Below are positions 49,435 through 61,160 of a DNA stretch of 64,000 nucleotides, piece after piece. Position numbers and translations under genes: made by a program. Under the pieces are notes generated by a model, which was not told the origin of the DNA, made no database searches, and saw only the letters and a program-made list of their open reading frames with translations. Source of the DNA: Mustelus asterias (lineage: Eukaryota). The stretch spans positions 51,956,001 through 52,020,000 of the forward strand of contig NC_135819.1 of assembly GCF_964213995.1 (NCBI RefSeq), read 5' to 3'. Every line of letters begins with the position of its first letter. Position 1 is the stretch's first letter.

Positions 49435-50035
49435 TGTCCTGGTCCCCCAATGCCAACACTATAGTTAAGGAAGCCCACCAACGCCTCTACTTTCAGAAGA
49501 CTAAGGAAATTTGGAATGTCAGCTTCGGCTCTCACCAACTTTTACAGATATACAATAGAAAGCATTCTTTCTGGTTGTATCACAGCGTGGTTTGGCTCCT
49601 GCTCTGTCCAAGACCGCAAGAAACTACAAAGGGGTGTGAACAAAGCCCAGTCCATCACTCAAACCAGCCTCCCATCCATTGACTCAATCTATACTTCCCA
49701 CTGCCTCGGAAAAGCAGCCAGCTTAATCAAGGACCCCACGCACCCCGGGCATACTCTCTTCCACCTTCTTCCATCGGGAAAAAGATACAAAAGCCTGAGG
49801 TCACATACCAACCGACTCAAGAACAGCTTCTTCCCTGCTGTCATCAGACTTTTGAATGGACCTACCTCGCGCTAAGTTGACCTTTCTCTACACCCTAGCT
49901 ATGACTAACACGACATTCTGCACTCTCTCACTTTTTCTCTATGAATGGTATGCTTTGTTTGTATAGCATGCAAGAAACAATACTTTTCACTGGATACTAA
50001 TACATGTGACAATAATAAACTAAATAAAATCAAAT
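49435..50035 (+). mobile_element. Rex1/Babar LINE 3' fragment inserted in an old CR1 tail (49170-49435, minus strand)
   Basis: ORF 49516-49875 LTNFYRYTIESILSGCITAWFGSC..HPGHTLFHLLPSGKRYKS..RLKNSFFPAVIRLLN; the tail matches 21700-21862. Confidence 0.9.
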
Positions 50036-50751
50036 TAATCACCTTAAATCCGTGTCCCCTGGTTGCCATTCCTGCCTCATTTATTCAATACAGTTTCTCA
50101 CACACCAGTCGCTACACTAAAATCCTAGGTTGCTCCACCAAATGTCTCATTTAAATAACCTTAGTCTCTCAGTGCAAATCAATTTTTATGTTCTATGATA
50201 AGGGAGATTGGATTCGTTCTCAAAGATAGTTGATGTTTGGCTGGGTTATGCCGTTCCCATCGGATTCAGTTCATTCATTTGTGCAGCCAGTGCTGCAATC
50301 AAAGTGAAAGAAACTATGAATGCATTGTTCAAGTGTAAAGTTATTTTGTACATTTCCTTCTGACAAATTTGTGGAGTTGAAAAAAGAAGTATGACTATAT
50401 TTGACTTTGTGAATGCTGCTCATTCAAAGCACAGTCAGAGCAATTGTGCTGCCTTCAACATGTTTGCCAATCTTTACTTTTCTGAGTTTAGATGCAAAAT
50501 GCAAAGGTTCAAGTTCTGAACCTATAATAAGTCCAGGAGTCGGTTGTGAAGGAATCGTGCTCTTATTGCACAAAATGAAAATAAACAATAACCAGAAGCC
50601 TGTGGTGAACACAACAAGTCCTAACCGGGTCTAAAAAGATAATGGACCCTCTCAAGGTCTTGCTTTGTACATGGCTCGGTAGACAGGCTGCACCTGGTTG
50701 CCTAATTACCAATCCCCAGGGAGCTCATAATCAACAAGCCCAACTGGGAGG

Positions 50752-51071
50752 TCATAGAATCCCTACAGTTCAGAAGGAGGCCATTCGGCCCATCAAGTCT
50801 GCACCAACCACAATCCTACCCAGGCTCTTTTCCCGCAACCCCACATATTTACCCTGCTAATTCCCTTACACTAGAGTCAATTTAGCATGGCCAATCAACA
50901 TATCCCATGCATCTTTGGACTGTGGGAAGAAACCGGAGCACCCGGAGGAAACCCACACAAACACGAGGAGAATGTGCAAACTCGGTACAGACAGTGATCC
51001 AAGCTGGGGATCGAACCCAGGTCCCTGGCACTGTGAGGCAGCTGTGGCACCACTGTGCCACCATGCCACCC
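50752..51071 (-). mobile_element. HE1-type SINE, CR1/HER1-type tail
   Basis: Head, core and tail. Confidence 0.9.
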
Positions 51072-52574
51072 CAATTAGTGATTCCCCATGCAGATCATGG
51101 GGGTTATCACAGAATTGAAATCAAGTAAAATATTAGGCATTATTAAATATTTCAATTATTCTGCTGATGAGCATTTAGTTTTCATCATGTCATGAAGGTT
51201 TCAAATACAACATGGACAAATTAAATTAAATTGTGTTGAAAGAAATAAGATTGGAATTCTGTTTCTTTGTGGCTCAATTGTTTAGACATGTTTATAATAA
51301 TTTTATTATCCAGCACTTACACAGTAATCTGACTAGAAAAGGCATCTGGATATGCATCTCAAGTGCTATAACTTGCAAGGCTATGGACCAGATGCTGGAA
51401 GGTGGGATTAAAATGGGCAACTAGATTTTTTATTTTTTATTTTTCAACTGGCGCAAACACAGTGGGCTGAATGGCCTCTTTTTTGTGCTGTAACTTTGCT
51501 ATGGTTCTAGAATATTCTGAACTCCCAATGCATCTTAACCCTCTTCTGCAGTCATTCCTGGTTATATCTAATTGCTTGGCCTGGGACAATCTTTCTCCAG
51601 ATTTATAAAGGGGATTTTTCCAATTTTACACTCCAGATGGAGAATCTAATAATGACCAGCAAATCAGGACCTTCCTTTTATGATATGCGCTCATTAACTG
51701 GAAAAACCTTTTGACGTAAAGTTAGAAAGTTCTTCTTTTATTGTACCTTTGCCAGTTATCATGCACAGGGTATATTTTTATAAATTAAGATACTGGAAGC
51801 TGTCTCAATATTGACTTCATCCATCAGTTGGTGGCCTTGTATATGTACATCTATTTTTCCAATCTATGAACATTTTTTTCATTCATCTTCTTTGAATAGG
51901 ATTACTGACCTTCTGATAAATTGTCTTTCCATTTGTATTCAACCAGAAGAAAGAGTAAATGTTCTTGCAAAAAAAGCATGCTCTTGTTTCCAGAATCTCC
52001 CTATTGACGTTATCATACAACACAAGCAGAGAGCAAAAATAACTCAGCAGAATTGATCAGGGAATCAAAATTTGCTCCAAACTTTTTCTGTTGACTAACA
52101 TATTCATGCATTACAGATTATGCATGTTCTCGCCAGTCTCAAGCGCTGGCTATGGCATCTCTGCAAGGCACATTTTCATTTGCATCTGATGTACATTGAA
52201 GATTTATGTCTACTACAGTTTGTGAAGTTAATCTGATTGTCATTAGGTAACTACTGGATTCATTTCTTATGGAAGTTGAGATTCTAACAACATTACCTTC
52301 AAGAGGAAAGTTTATCCAAACAATTTCACTGAAAAGACATGATTGAACAATATAACAATTTAATCCCATTCATTTTTATAACATATATACTGGCTAATAT
52401 TTGACAGAAATTACCTATAGCTCATCAATCATCAGTAATACAGTAATTTTTAAATCAAAATTTAAAAACTGCCATATCTCTAAAATGATTTTAAAAATAG
52501 GGAGCACTTTGGCTGACCAGATAATTCAATCAGGCACAAGATGGCTGTGGTTTTCTTTGTAAGTTTTGCTACAA

Positions 52575-52840
52575 ATTGGCACATTCTCCACGTGTCTGTG
52601 TGGGTATCCTCTGGGTGTTCTGGTTTCCTCCCACTGTCCAAAGGTGTGCAGGTTCGGTGGATTGGCCGTGCTAAATTGCCCCTTAGTGTCCCAAGATGTG
52701 TAGGTTAGGGGTATTAATGGGGTAAATGCATGGGGTTACAGGGATGGGGTGGGCCTGGGTGGGATGCTCTGTCGGAGAGTCAGTGCAGACCTAATGAGCT
52801 GAATGGCCTCCTTCTGCATTCTAGGGTTCTATGATTTGAT
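52575..52840 (+). mobile_element. HE1-type SINE, 5'-truncated
   Basis: Core and tail only. Confidence 0.85.
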
Positions 52841-53509
52841 GATTTCCTCTACATTCCACTGAATAAATTATTAAAACAATAATAGATACTGATAGATCAC
52901 CCACAACATTCCTTGTGCTGTGAATGTCAGGGAGCAGAGTAGGCAGGTAGATTAGGCCAGGGATTGAGGGTTTTGAGTGAAGATATATCTGGTGACAGTG
53001 TGGGGACCAAACGGTTGACTGATTTTCAGAAGATTAATACTGTTGCATTCTGAAACCAGATGGTCTGTTGCTCTTTGTTCTAAGTGGGCCTGTCTAGATG
53101 CTAAAAGTTCTGTTCCTACATTGCTGCATGGGATCACTGAACTCTTTGATGAGAAAGGACATTGCTCCCTTTGCCTTCAGAAGAAGAACTGGGTCACAAA
53201 ACCTAAGTTGGACAAAAGGGGGTAGTTGGTCGAGGGGGGCCTACAAGTAAACAATTTTTTAAAAATTCATTTAAGGGATATGGGCTTTGCTGGCAAGGCC
53301 AGCATTTATTGCCCATCCTTAATTGCCCTTGGTAAGGTGCTGGCAAACTGCCACATTGAACCATGTGCAGTAGGTACACTCACAGTGCTATTAGGGAGGG
53401 AGTTCCAGCATTTTGACCCAGGACAGTGAAGGAATGGCGATATATTTCCAATAGTAAGAAGTCTAACAACACCAGGTTAAAGTCCAACAGGTTTATTTGG
53501 TAGCAAACG

Positions 53510-53546
53510 CCATTAGCTTTCGGAGCGCTGCTTCTTCGTCAGGTGG
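53510..53546 (-). ncRNA. Minimal hammerhead ribozyme motif
   Basis: ccac-CTGACGA-a-gaagc-agc-gctcc-GAAA-gc-TA-atgg (one mismatch each in stems I and II). Confidence 0.75.
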
Positions 53547-53831
53547 AGTGGGAGATCTGCTCACAAACAGGGCATACAGAGATACAAACTCAATTTACAG
53601 AATAATGATTGGAATGCGAGTCTTTACAGCTAATCAAGTCTTAAAGGTACAGACAATGTGAGTGGAGAGAGCATTAAGCACAGGTTAAAGAGATGTGTAT
53701 TGTCTCACTCTGTCTCCACTCACATTGTCTGTACCTTTAAGACTTGATTAGCTGTAAAGACTCGCATTCCAATCATTATTCTGTAAATTGAGTTTGTGTC
53801 TTTGTGCCCTGTTTGTGAGCAGATCTCCACT

Positions 53832-53870
53832 CCACCTGACGAAGGAGCAGCACACTCCGAAAGCTAGCGG
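53832..53870 (+). ncRNA. Minimal hammerhead ribozyme motif
   Basis: ccac-CTGACGA-a-ggag-cagcaca-ctcc-GAAA-gc-TA-gcgg. Confidence 0.75.
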
Positions 53871-55404
53871 CATTTGCTACCAAATAAACCTGTTGGACTT
53901 TAACCTGGTGTTGTTAGACTTCTTACGATGTTTACCCCAGTCCAACGACGGCATCTCCACATCATGATGTATTTCCAAGTCAGGATGGTGTGTGACTTCG
54001 AAGGGAACTCTCTGGGGGTGGTGTTCCCAGGTATCTGCAGTCATCGTCCTTCTAGATAGGTCAAGGTTTGGAAGGTGCTGCCTAAGAATTCTTAATGGGT
54101 TCCTGCAGTGCATCTTGTAGATGGTACATACTGCTGACACTGTCGTGGTGGTGGAGGGAATGATTGTTTGTTTATGGGATGCCAATCAAGAAGGCAGCTT
54201 TGTCCTGGATTGTATCAAACTTCTTGAGTGTTGTTGGAGCTGTACCCATCCAGATAAAGGGAAATAATTCCATTACTCACCTGACTTGTGCCTTGTAGAT
54301 GGTGGACAGGCTTTTGGGAGTCAGGGGTTAGTTACTCACCACATGATTCTTTGGGCAGGATTTTTCGACCTCGCAGATAAAATTCCAGCCTCAGAGCTCT
54401 TGTAGTCACAGTATTTATATGGCTGGTCCAGTTCAGTTTTTGGTCAATGGTAACCCCCAAGATGTTGATAATGTGGGATTCGGCCATGAAAATGCCATTG
54501 AATGTCAAGGGGCAATTCTCCCTTGTTCGAGATGTTCATTGCCTGGCACTTGTGCGGCATCAATATTACTTGCCACTTGTCAGCCCAAGCCTGGATATTG
54601 TCCATGTCTTGTTGCATTTAGACATGGAATGTTTCAGTATCTGAGAAATCATGAATGGAGCTGAACATTGTAGAGTCATCAGTAAACAGTGTCACTTCTG
54701 ACCTTATGATGGATCGAAGGTAATTGTTGAAGCAGCTGAAGCTGGTTGAGCTGAGGACACTACCTTGAGGAACTCCTGTAGTGAAGACCTGGAGCTGAGA
54801 TGATTGATCTCCAACCACCACAACATCTTTCTCTGTGTTAGGTGTGACTGCAACAAGTGGAGCATTTCCCCCCTCGATTCCCTTGACTCGAGTTTTGCTA
54901 GGGCTCCTTGATGCCACACTCAGTCAAATGCAAAGCAAGAAGGGCTGAAGGATTACTGATTTCAGAAAACCCAGCATCTGTCCTGCTGAGGTAAAAACAG
55001 TATTTGTGTGGTTGCCCAGTTGAGTTTCTGGTCAGTGTTGATGGGGAGGGACACAGTGATGTTAATACTATTGAATGTCATGTTAGAGAGGTTATTACCT
55101 GATTCTTGCCTCTTATCAGTCCAAGCCATGCTGCTGACAACCATGGACTGCATCATTAGACGGGTTTTGCATACATTCAAGATGGTTGGTGCACATTGTT
55201 GACCTTGAAGAAAGATCTAGCAAGATCTGTGATGTTGATATCACCTCATTTGGCATTAATTTCATTCTGGCACCAGCTGAAGGTGATCTTTGGCATCCAA
55301 CAGCAGTGACGTCACCAAACAGGCTAAGCAGCCATTCACATTGAAGAATTCTCACATGCAGCAAATCATGAAATAAAAACTACTGATTATCCTTCACTTC
55401 TCGT

Positions 55405-55780
55405 AGAGGTGATGGCCCAGTGGTATTATCGCTAGAGTACTAATCCAGCAACTCAACTAATGTTCTGGGGACCCAAGTTCAAATCCTGCCACGGCAGATG
55501 GTGGAATTTGAATTCAATAAAAAATATCTGGAATTAAGGATCTACTGATGACCATAATTGTTGATTGCTGGTAAAACCCACCTGGTTCATTAGTGTCCTT
55601 TAGGGATGGAAATCTGCCATCCTTACCTGGTCTGGCCTACATGTGACTCCAGAGCCACAGCAATGTGGTTGACTCTGAACTGCCCTCCGAAATGGCCTAG
55701 CAAGCCATTCAGTTCAAGGGTGACCAGAGATGGGCAATAAATGCTGGCTAGCCAGCGATGTCCTCAAATAAATACATTTT
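55405..55780 (+). mobile_element. Second tRNA-headed SINE family
   Basis: tggcccagtgg A box, gttcaaatcc B box, body ggaaatctgccatccttacctggtctggcctacatgtgactccagag, tail gatgggcaataaatgctggctagccagcgat. Confidence 0.82.
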
Positions 55781-56184
55781 TTAAAGTTCTTAATCATCTT
55801 ACAGAAAATAAAATAAAGACATACAGGATCAAACATAGGATTAAAAGCCAAACAAAAATACTGTGAAAAATCTTAAATATATATATTTATTATTTTAAAA
55901 ATACATGGAATTTTTACATTAATGAAGAAATTTGACATTGCACAAATATAAATTGCCTTTTCAAGGCCAGAGAAGTTCTTCAGTGGTAATTGTGAACTTA
56001 ATTCTCATTAAAAACACAGTTACATCTCATTCGGCAGGGTTTTTCTCCAGGGTTTTTTTTTACACCAAGATGAATAGCGTAAAAATATAAGTTCACATTG
56101 ATTCAAGTGATTTCTAAGATTTCCATCTGCATGAACTTCAACAGCCATTCTGTGGAATAGTAGGCAATCACTGATTGTGCTTTG

Positions 56185-56540
56185 GGGGAGGCGATGGTCC
56201 AGTGGTATTATCGCTGGACTATTAATGCAGAAACTCAGCTAATGTTCTGGGGACCTGGGTTCGACTCCCGCTATGGCAGATGACAGGATTTGAATTCAGC
56301 AAAAATATCTAGAATTAAGAATGTACTGATGACTATGAAACCATTGCCGATTGTCGGAAACACCCATCTGGTTCACTAACGTCCTTTAGGGAAGGAAATC
56401 TGCCACCCTTACCTGGTCTGGCCTACATGTGATTCCAGAGCCACAGCAATGTGATTGACTCTCAACTGCCCTCGGGCAACTAGGGATGGGCAATAAATGC
56501 TGATCAGCCAGCGATGTCCATGTCCCAGAAATGAATTTTT
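56185..56540 (+). mobile_element. Second tRNA-headed SINE family
   Basis: Collinear with 55405-55780; B box gggttcgactccc. Confidence 0.82.
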
Positions 56541-57607
56541 AAAATTTGCATTTAATGCACATGCGCAGACACCAAATGTTGCTGTCAGTTTCACAGTATG
56601 CTGATGAACGCTGTTGTCTCACCATCATTATAGTCACAAAATTCAAGCCATTATCTGAGGAATTATAAATATCTAATCAACAGAGAATAGCTTCACTTCT
56701 AACCTTATAATGAAGAGGAGGGTTTTGATGAAGCAGCTGTAGATTGTTGGGTCAATAATGTGATGCTTTGTGGTGATCCCCTCGGGCTCAGATGATTGAC
56801 CCCCAAAACCTTTACTTTTTGCGGGATTTTCAGTTTTTTTCAAAGTGTTGGATCAGATGAGAAAATGGCATGTAGCTGGCCAGTTGCACTGCTGACTTTT
56901 CCCGCCGTATTTTTAAACACTTTGAAAGGAAAGTGCTGGAGTCATAGCCCAAGCCATCACACTGGTAGGGCAGGGCTGGGAAAGGCCGGCAGCTGGAAAT
57001 CCTGTGATTGGGGCCCTCCTTATAACAAGGAATTCCCATGTTAAGCATGCCCCTATGAGTTAAAGGTGCATAAAAATCACGAGGTAGGCTTGGTAACTTG
57101 AACACTGGGAGTTGTTTATTTGAGGTGTGCACTGTTGCACCGTCAGGTCTAAGATTGCCCAAACGGATCCCACACTGGGAGGAACTAATTACCCAGGGGT
57201 CACCTGACCCAAACTCTTAAAGGGGCAGACAGCACCCCAAAACCTCAACATACAATATATACATATCTCACAGCCCACACTTGCACAAGGGGAGCACCTC
57301 CCCCCTCCAATAGAACTCCTCAGAGGGGCCCTCCCCCCGGCACTTCCCTTGGCAGTGCCACCTTGACAGTGCCGGGACACTGCCTGGGTGTGTCTATCTC
57401 CCCCAGAGGCTATACTTATCTGTGCTTCCCCCAGTGGGATCCCTTTGACTGCTTTACATTTTTAAAATGCAGTTGTAAACCTCGCCAAGGTGACATCATG
57501 TTGGGGAGGGGGGAATTCCTAAGGTGGGGTGACGATATGACTTGTAATCTCTCCTATCATATTAAAATGTATTGAAATGAATGGGCGGTTATATCACTGG
57601 TGAGGGG

Positions 57608-57863
57608 TGTCATAATGTAACCAATGGTATAACATGCTGCGGTGATCATCTGACCAAGTGACCCGGTAGACAATGTAACCAATAGCAAAATGATGTGGTG
57701 GTCAGCTGACCAGCTAATCTGGTATAAATAGAAAGGCAGATGGGGATTGTGGGGAGCTTGAGTGGCCCAGGGTGTGGCCTGAGTGCTGGTGTAATGAAGT
57801 TTCTTTATTAAACCTTTCTTTTTGATTTACTTTGTGAAGTTAGTTCTTGTATTGCTTGCAACA
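57608..57863 (+). mobile_element. Probable solo LTR (256 bp) inside a decayed DNA-transposon relic (~56790-57965)
   Basis: TGT...ACA termini, two aatgtaaccaat (CCAAT) repeats, TATA box ggtataaatag, attaaa signal; no clear TSD. Confidence 0.6.
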
Positions 57864-58543
57864 GAAGTAATCCTGACTGCTGGATGAACAAGGGGTGGGG
57901 AAAATTGGAAAATGAGATCTCGCCAGCAAGAATCTCTACTTCCGATTCTTGGGAGATTTGCTCCCGCATTGCTGTTCGTGCTTGCGGTGGATGTGGGCAC
58001 AAATCTGTGGCCTTTGTGTGAGATGTAGCTCAAGGCACTGGAGAGTCTTGTCCTGATACCTCTTGGTTACAGTTTAATTGCTGATCACGGTGTCACACAT
58101 GATCAAATAATGTTCAGACATCAAGGGTAGCCACCCTCATCTCAAACCTGGAATGCAGGTCTTATTTTTATGTTTGCACGTGGGCTGTAATGAGGTTTGC
58201 AGCTGAGTGGTCCTGACAAAGCCCAAACTGAGAAGAAGTGAGCATGTTATTGGTAATTAACCATCGCCTGATAACATTATTGACGACACGTTCCATCACA
58301 TTCCTGATAATTGGCTGCAGCTTGATAAGGCAGTGGTTGGTCTGGTTGGATTTGTCCTGCTTTAATTCATTTATTATTTTTAATTTCCTGCCATTGATTT
58401 AATTTGGTAGCATTTTAAATCATGTTAACTTCTCTGACGAGGTCCATTGGCAGTCTCAGATTCGCAGATTAAATAAAAATTTACAAGGTTCAGAATGGGA
58501 AGTATTTCAGGATGACTTTTGTATCAAGTATGTGGTTATCATA

Positions 58544-58888
58544 AGGGCGGCACGGTAGCACAGTGGTTAGCACTGCGGCTTCACAGCTCCAGGGTCCCGG
58601 GTTCGATTCCCGGCTCGGGTCACTGTCTGTGTGGAGTTTGCACATTCTCCTCGTGTCTGCGTGGGTTTCCTCCGGGTGCTCCGGTTTCCTCCCACAGTCC
58701 AAAGATGTGCGGGTTAGGTTGATTGGCCAGGTTAAAAAAAATTGCCCCTTAGAATCCTAAGATGGATAGGTTAGAGGGATTAGCGGGTAAATATGTGGGG
58801 GTAGGGCCTGGGTGGGATTGTGGTCGGTGCAGACTTGATGGGCCGAATGGCCTCTTTCTGCACTGTAGGGTTTCTATGATTCTATGAT
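58544..58888 (+). mobile_element. Young HE1-type SINE
   Basis: CpG-rich, gggttcgattccc B box, tail tttctatgattctatga. Confidence 0.93.
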
Positions 58889-59012
58889 GAACCAAATCAA
58901 AACAACTTTCTCGATCAGGCAATTTCTAATTAAGGAAAACAAATCAATTTAGAGAAATAAATATTTCTTTCCTGACAATACTTATTGGGATTGAAATCTC
59001 CCTGTTGTTCTG

Positions 59013-59322
59013 GTGCAGCATTGTAGCACAGTGGTTAGCACTGCTGCCTCATGGTGAAAGGGACCTGAGTTCGATTCCCGGCTTGGGTCACTGTCTGTGC
59101 GGAGTCTGCATGTTCTTTCCGTGTCTGTGTGGGTTGCCTCCGGGTTCTCCGCTTTCCTCCCACAGTCCAAAAGACGTGCTGGTTAGGTGCATTGTCCATG
59201 CTACATTCTCCCTCAGTGTACCCGAACAGGCGCCGGAGTGTGGCAACTGGGGGATTTTCACAGTAACTTCATTGCAGTGTTAATGTAAGCCTACTTGTGA
59301 CACTAGTAAATAAACTTAAACT
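59013..59322 (+). mobile_element. HE1-type SINE, alternative tail
   Basis: Full head, core and tail. Confidence 0.9.
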
Positions 59323-59694
59323 TATAATAAACACAAGGGACGTAATTCTCCCGTGGAGACGTGGTTGGAGGCAGGAGGAGGGTGGGTAAATAGGAGGAAT
59401 AACGTTGGGACAGCTCCTCAAAGCATTCCCGCCACTGTGGGACTTTCCCAGAATTGAGCTAGGAACTGAATCACGGATCCACAGAGGCCGGCCGCCAATT
59501 AGTGCACTTAAGGCTCCACCTTGAGGTTACTTTGTGCTATCACTGGTATCTTGCCAACGTTCGAACAACGCCCCACAATGTGCAGAGGCTGCCAGCTCAA
59601 TCAAGGCAGTACATTGGGGACCATCAGACCCAGAGCCTACATGCCCCAGTGATGGGGCCATGGATATGAAAGGCCACCACTCCATCCATTAATT

Positions 59695-60347
59695 GTCTTG
59701 CAGCGAGCCTCTGCCCCTCAACCTGACAGCCCCACCAGCTTTAAGCCTCTTCGATTGATAAATTCTACGAAGACAGCTGAGGGCGCCTCTGTGTTGAGCT
59801 ACCCTCAGGCTCTGTGACCTCCCTTGACAATGCCCATTTCTTCTAGTAGGGCTACTGGCCTGGCAATGCTACAGATCCTTTGACTGGACATCGACCCTCA
59901 GGAAGATATCCAGTTAAGAGGCAGCCTCTTGCACTGTGAAATTGCTGATGACCTGGTCCCATTATGGACCTGGTGTCAGGGACTAATGCCTGCTGGAAAA
60001 TCCCTTCCAATATAGGGGAAGATTTTATTACAAAGGATTACACAGGATGTACAGCACAGACACAAGCTATTTGGCTCAAGTGATCCAAGCTGGTATTTAT
60101 ACCCAACTTGAGCTTCCTCCCATCTTTCCTCATCTATCTTCCTGAGGGTGGATGTCCAGTCAAAGGATCTGTAGTGTTGCCAGGCCAGTAGCCCTACTAG
60201 AAGAAATGGGCATTGTCAAGGGAGGCCCAGAGCCTGAGAGTAGCTCAACACAGAGCCGCCCTCGGCTGTCTTCATAGAATTTATCAATCGAAGAGGCTTA
60301 AAGCTGGTGGGGCTGTCAGGTTGAGGGGCAGAGGCTCACTGCAAGAC
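59695..60347. repeat. High-identity inverted duplication, arms 59695-59908 and 60135-60347
   Basis: For example gacaatgcccatttcttctagtagggctactggcctggcaa pairs with ttgccaggccagtagccctactagaagaaatgggcattgtc. Confidence 0.95.
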
Positions 60348-61160
60348 CTTTAGTTCCTTCTCTCTCATTTGCTTGTTTAACTTCCCCTTAAGTGTCTCTA
60401 TACTATTCCGTCAGCTACTCCTGAGCTAGCTAGTTCCTTGGTTAAAGAAGATCCCTCTGATTTCCCCATTGGATTTCTTGGTAATTATCTTATATTGATG
60501 ACCTCTAGTTATGCACTTCCATCCAAGACGTAACATTCTCTCTGTGTCCATTCTATCAAAACCTTTCATAATTTTAAATTACTTTATTAAGTCATTCCTC
60601 GGCCTTTTTTTCCAAAAGTAAAGAGATCTAACCCATTTCTACTTTTATCCTCGTAAAGGTTCTCTGCTTCCTCTCCAATGTGTCTATATCCACTTTGACC
60701 AGAACCACATGTGGTACTCTAGTTGTAGGCCAATTAAAGTTCGGTACAGATTTGGAATAACTTTCCTACTCTTCAAGTCTGTCCCTCTGCAGACTCGAAG
60801 GGCTGAATGGCTACTCCATGCTTCTAGTTTCTATGTTTCTAAAGCCCAGTGTCTTGCTTCTTTCATGACCTTATTTAACCTGCGGTGCAACATGTGATGA
60901 TTGGTATATTTGTGCTCCAAAATCCCTTTGTTCGTCTGGATGTGCACTGTCCAAGTAATGAGGAGCCTCCCTACCTTTCCTCCGAAAATATGCTGCATCA
61001 CATTTTTCTGTGTTGAGCTTAAGCTGTCAGTGCTTTGACCGGGTTGCAAAGTTTATTAATCTTCTTCTGCACTTTGTTGTTGTCCTCTTCAGTATTTGAC
61101 TATCCACTCGGCCCAATCCCCCTGCCCAATTCATTATCATCCATAAATTTAAAAATTGTG
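60035..61160 (-). mobile_element. Old CR1 3' fragment interrupted by the inverted copy
   Basis: Decayed 3' UTR at 60035-60134 continues after 60348 into reverse-complement ORF2 motifs. Confidence 0.65.

Larger units (their letters stand above)
53452..53965 (+). mobile_element. 514-bp fold-back Penelope-like insertion with a hammerhead on each strand
   Basis: Arms ~53454-53668 / 53713-53926, then a ~38-nt tail ending ggcatctccacatca; TSD gatatatttccaa (53439-53451) / gatgtatttccaa (53966-53978). Confidence 0.92.
53260..54930 (-). mobile_element. Second CR1/L2-group LINE family, RT and 3' end, interrupted by a Penelope-like insertion
   Basis: WHQGALAKLES..SHLTQRKM..GVPQGSVLSSTSFSCFNNYL..VTLFTDDSTMF; 3' end gatgggcaataaatgctggccttgccagc. 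Another RT piece lies at ~58090-58365 (-). Confidence 0.8.

Noticed and set aside
58544-58615. tRNA gene
   Set aside because: The A and B boxes belong to SINE heads and continue into the SINE core; no complete cloverleaf.
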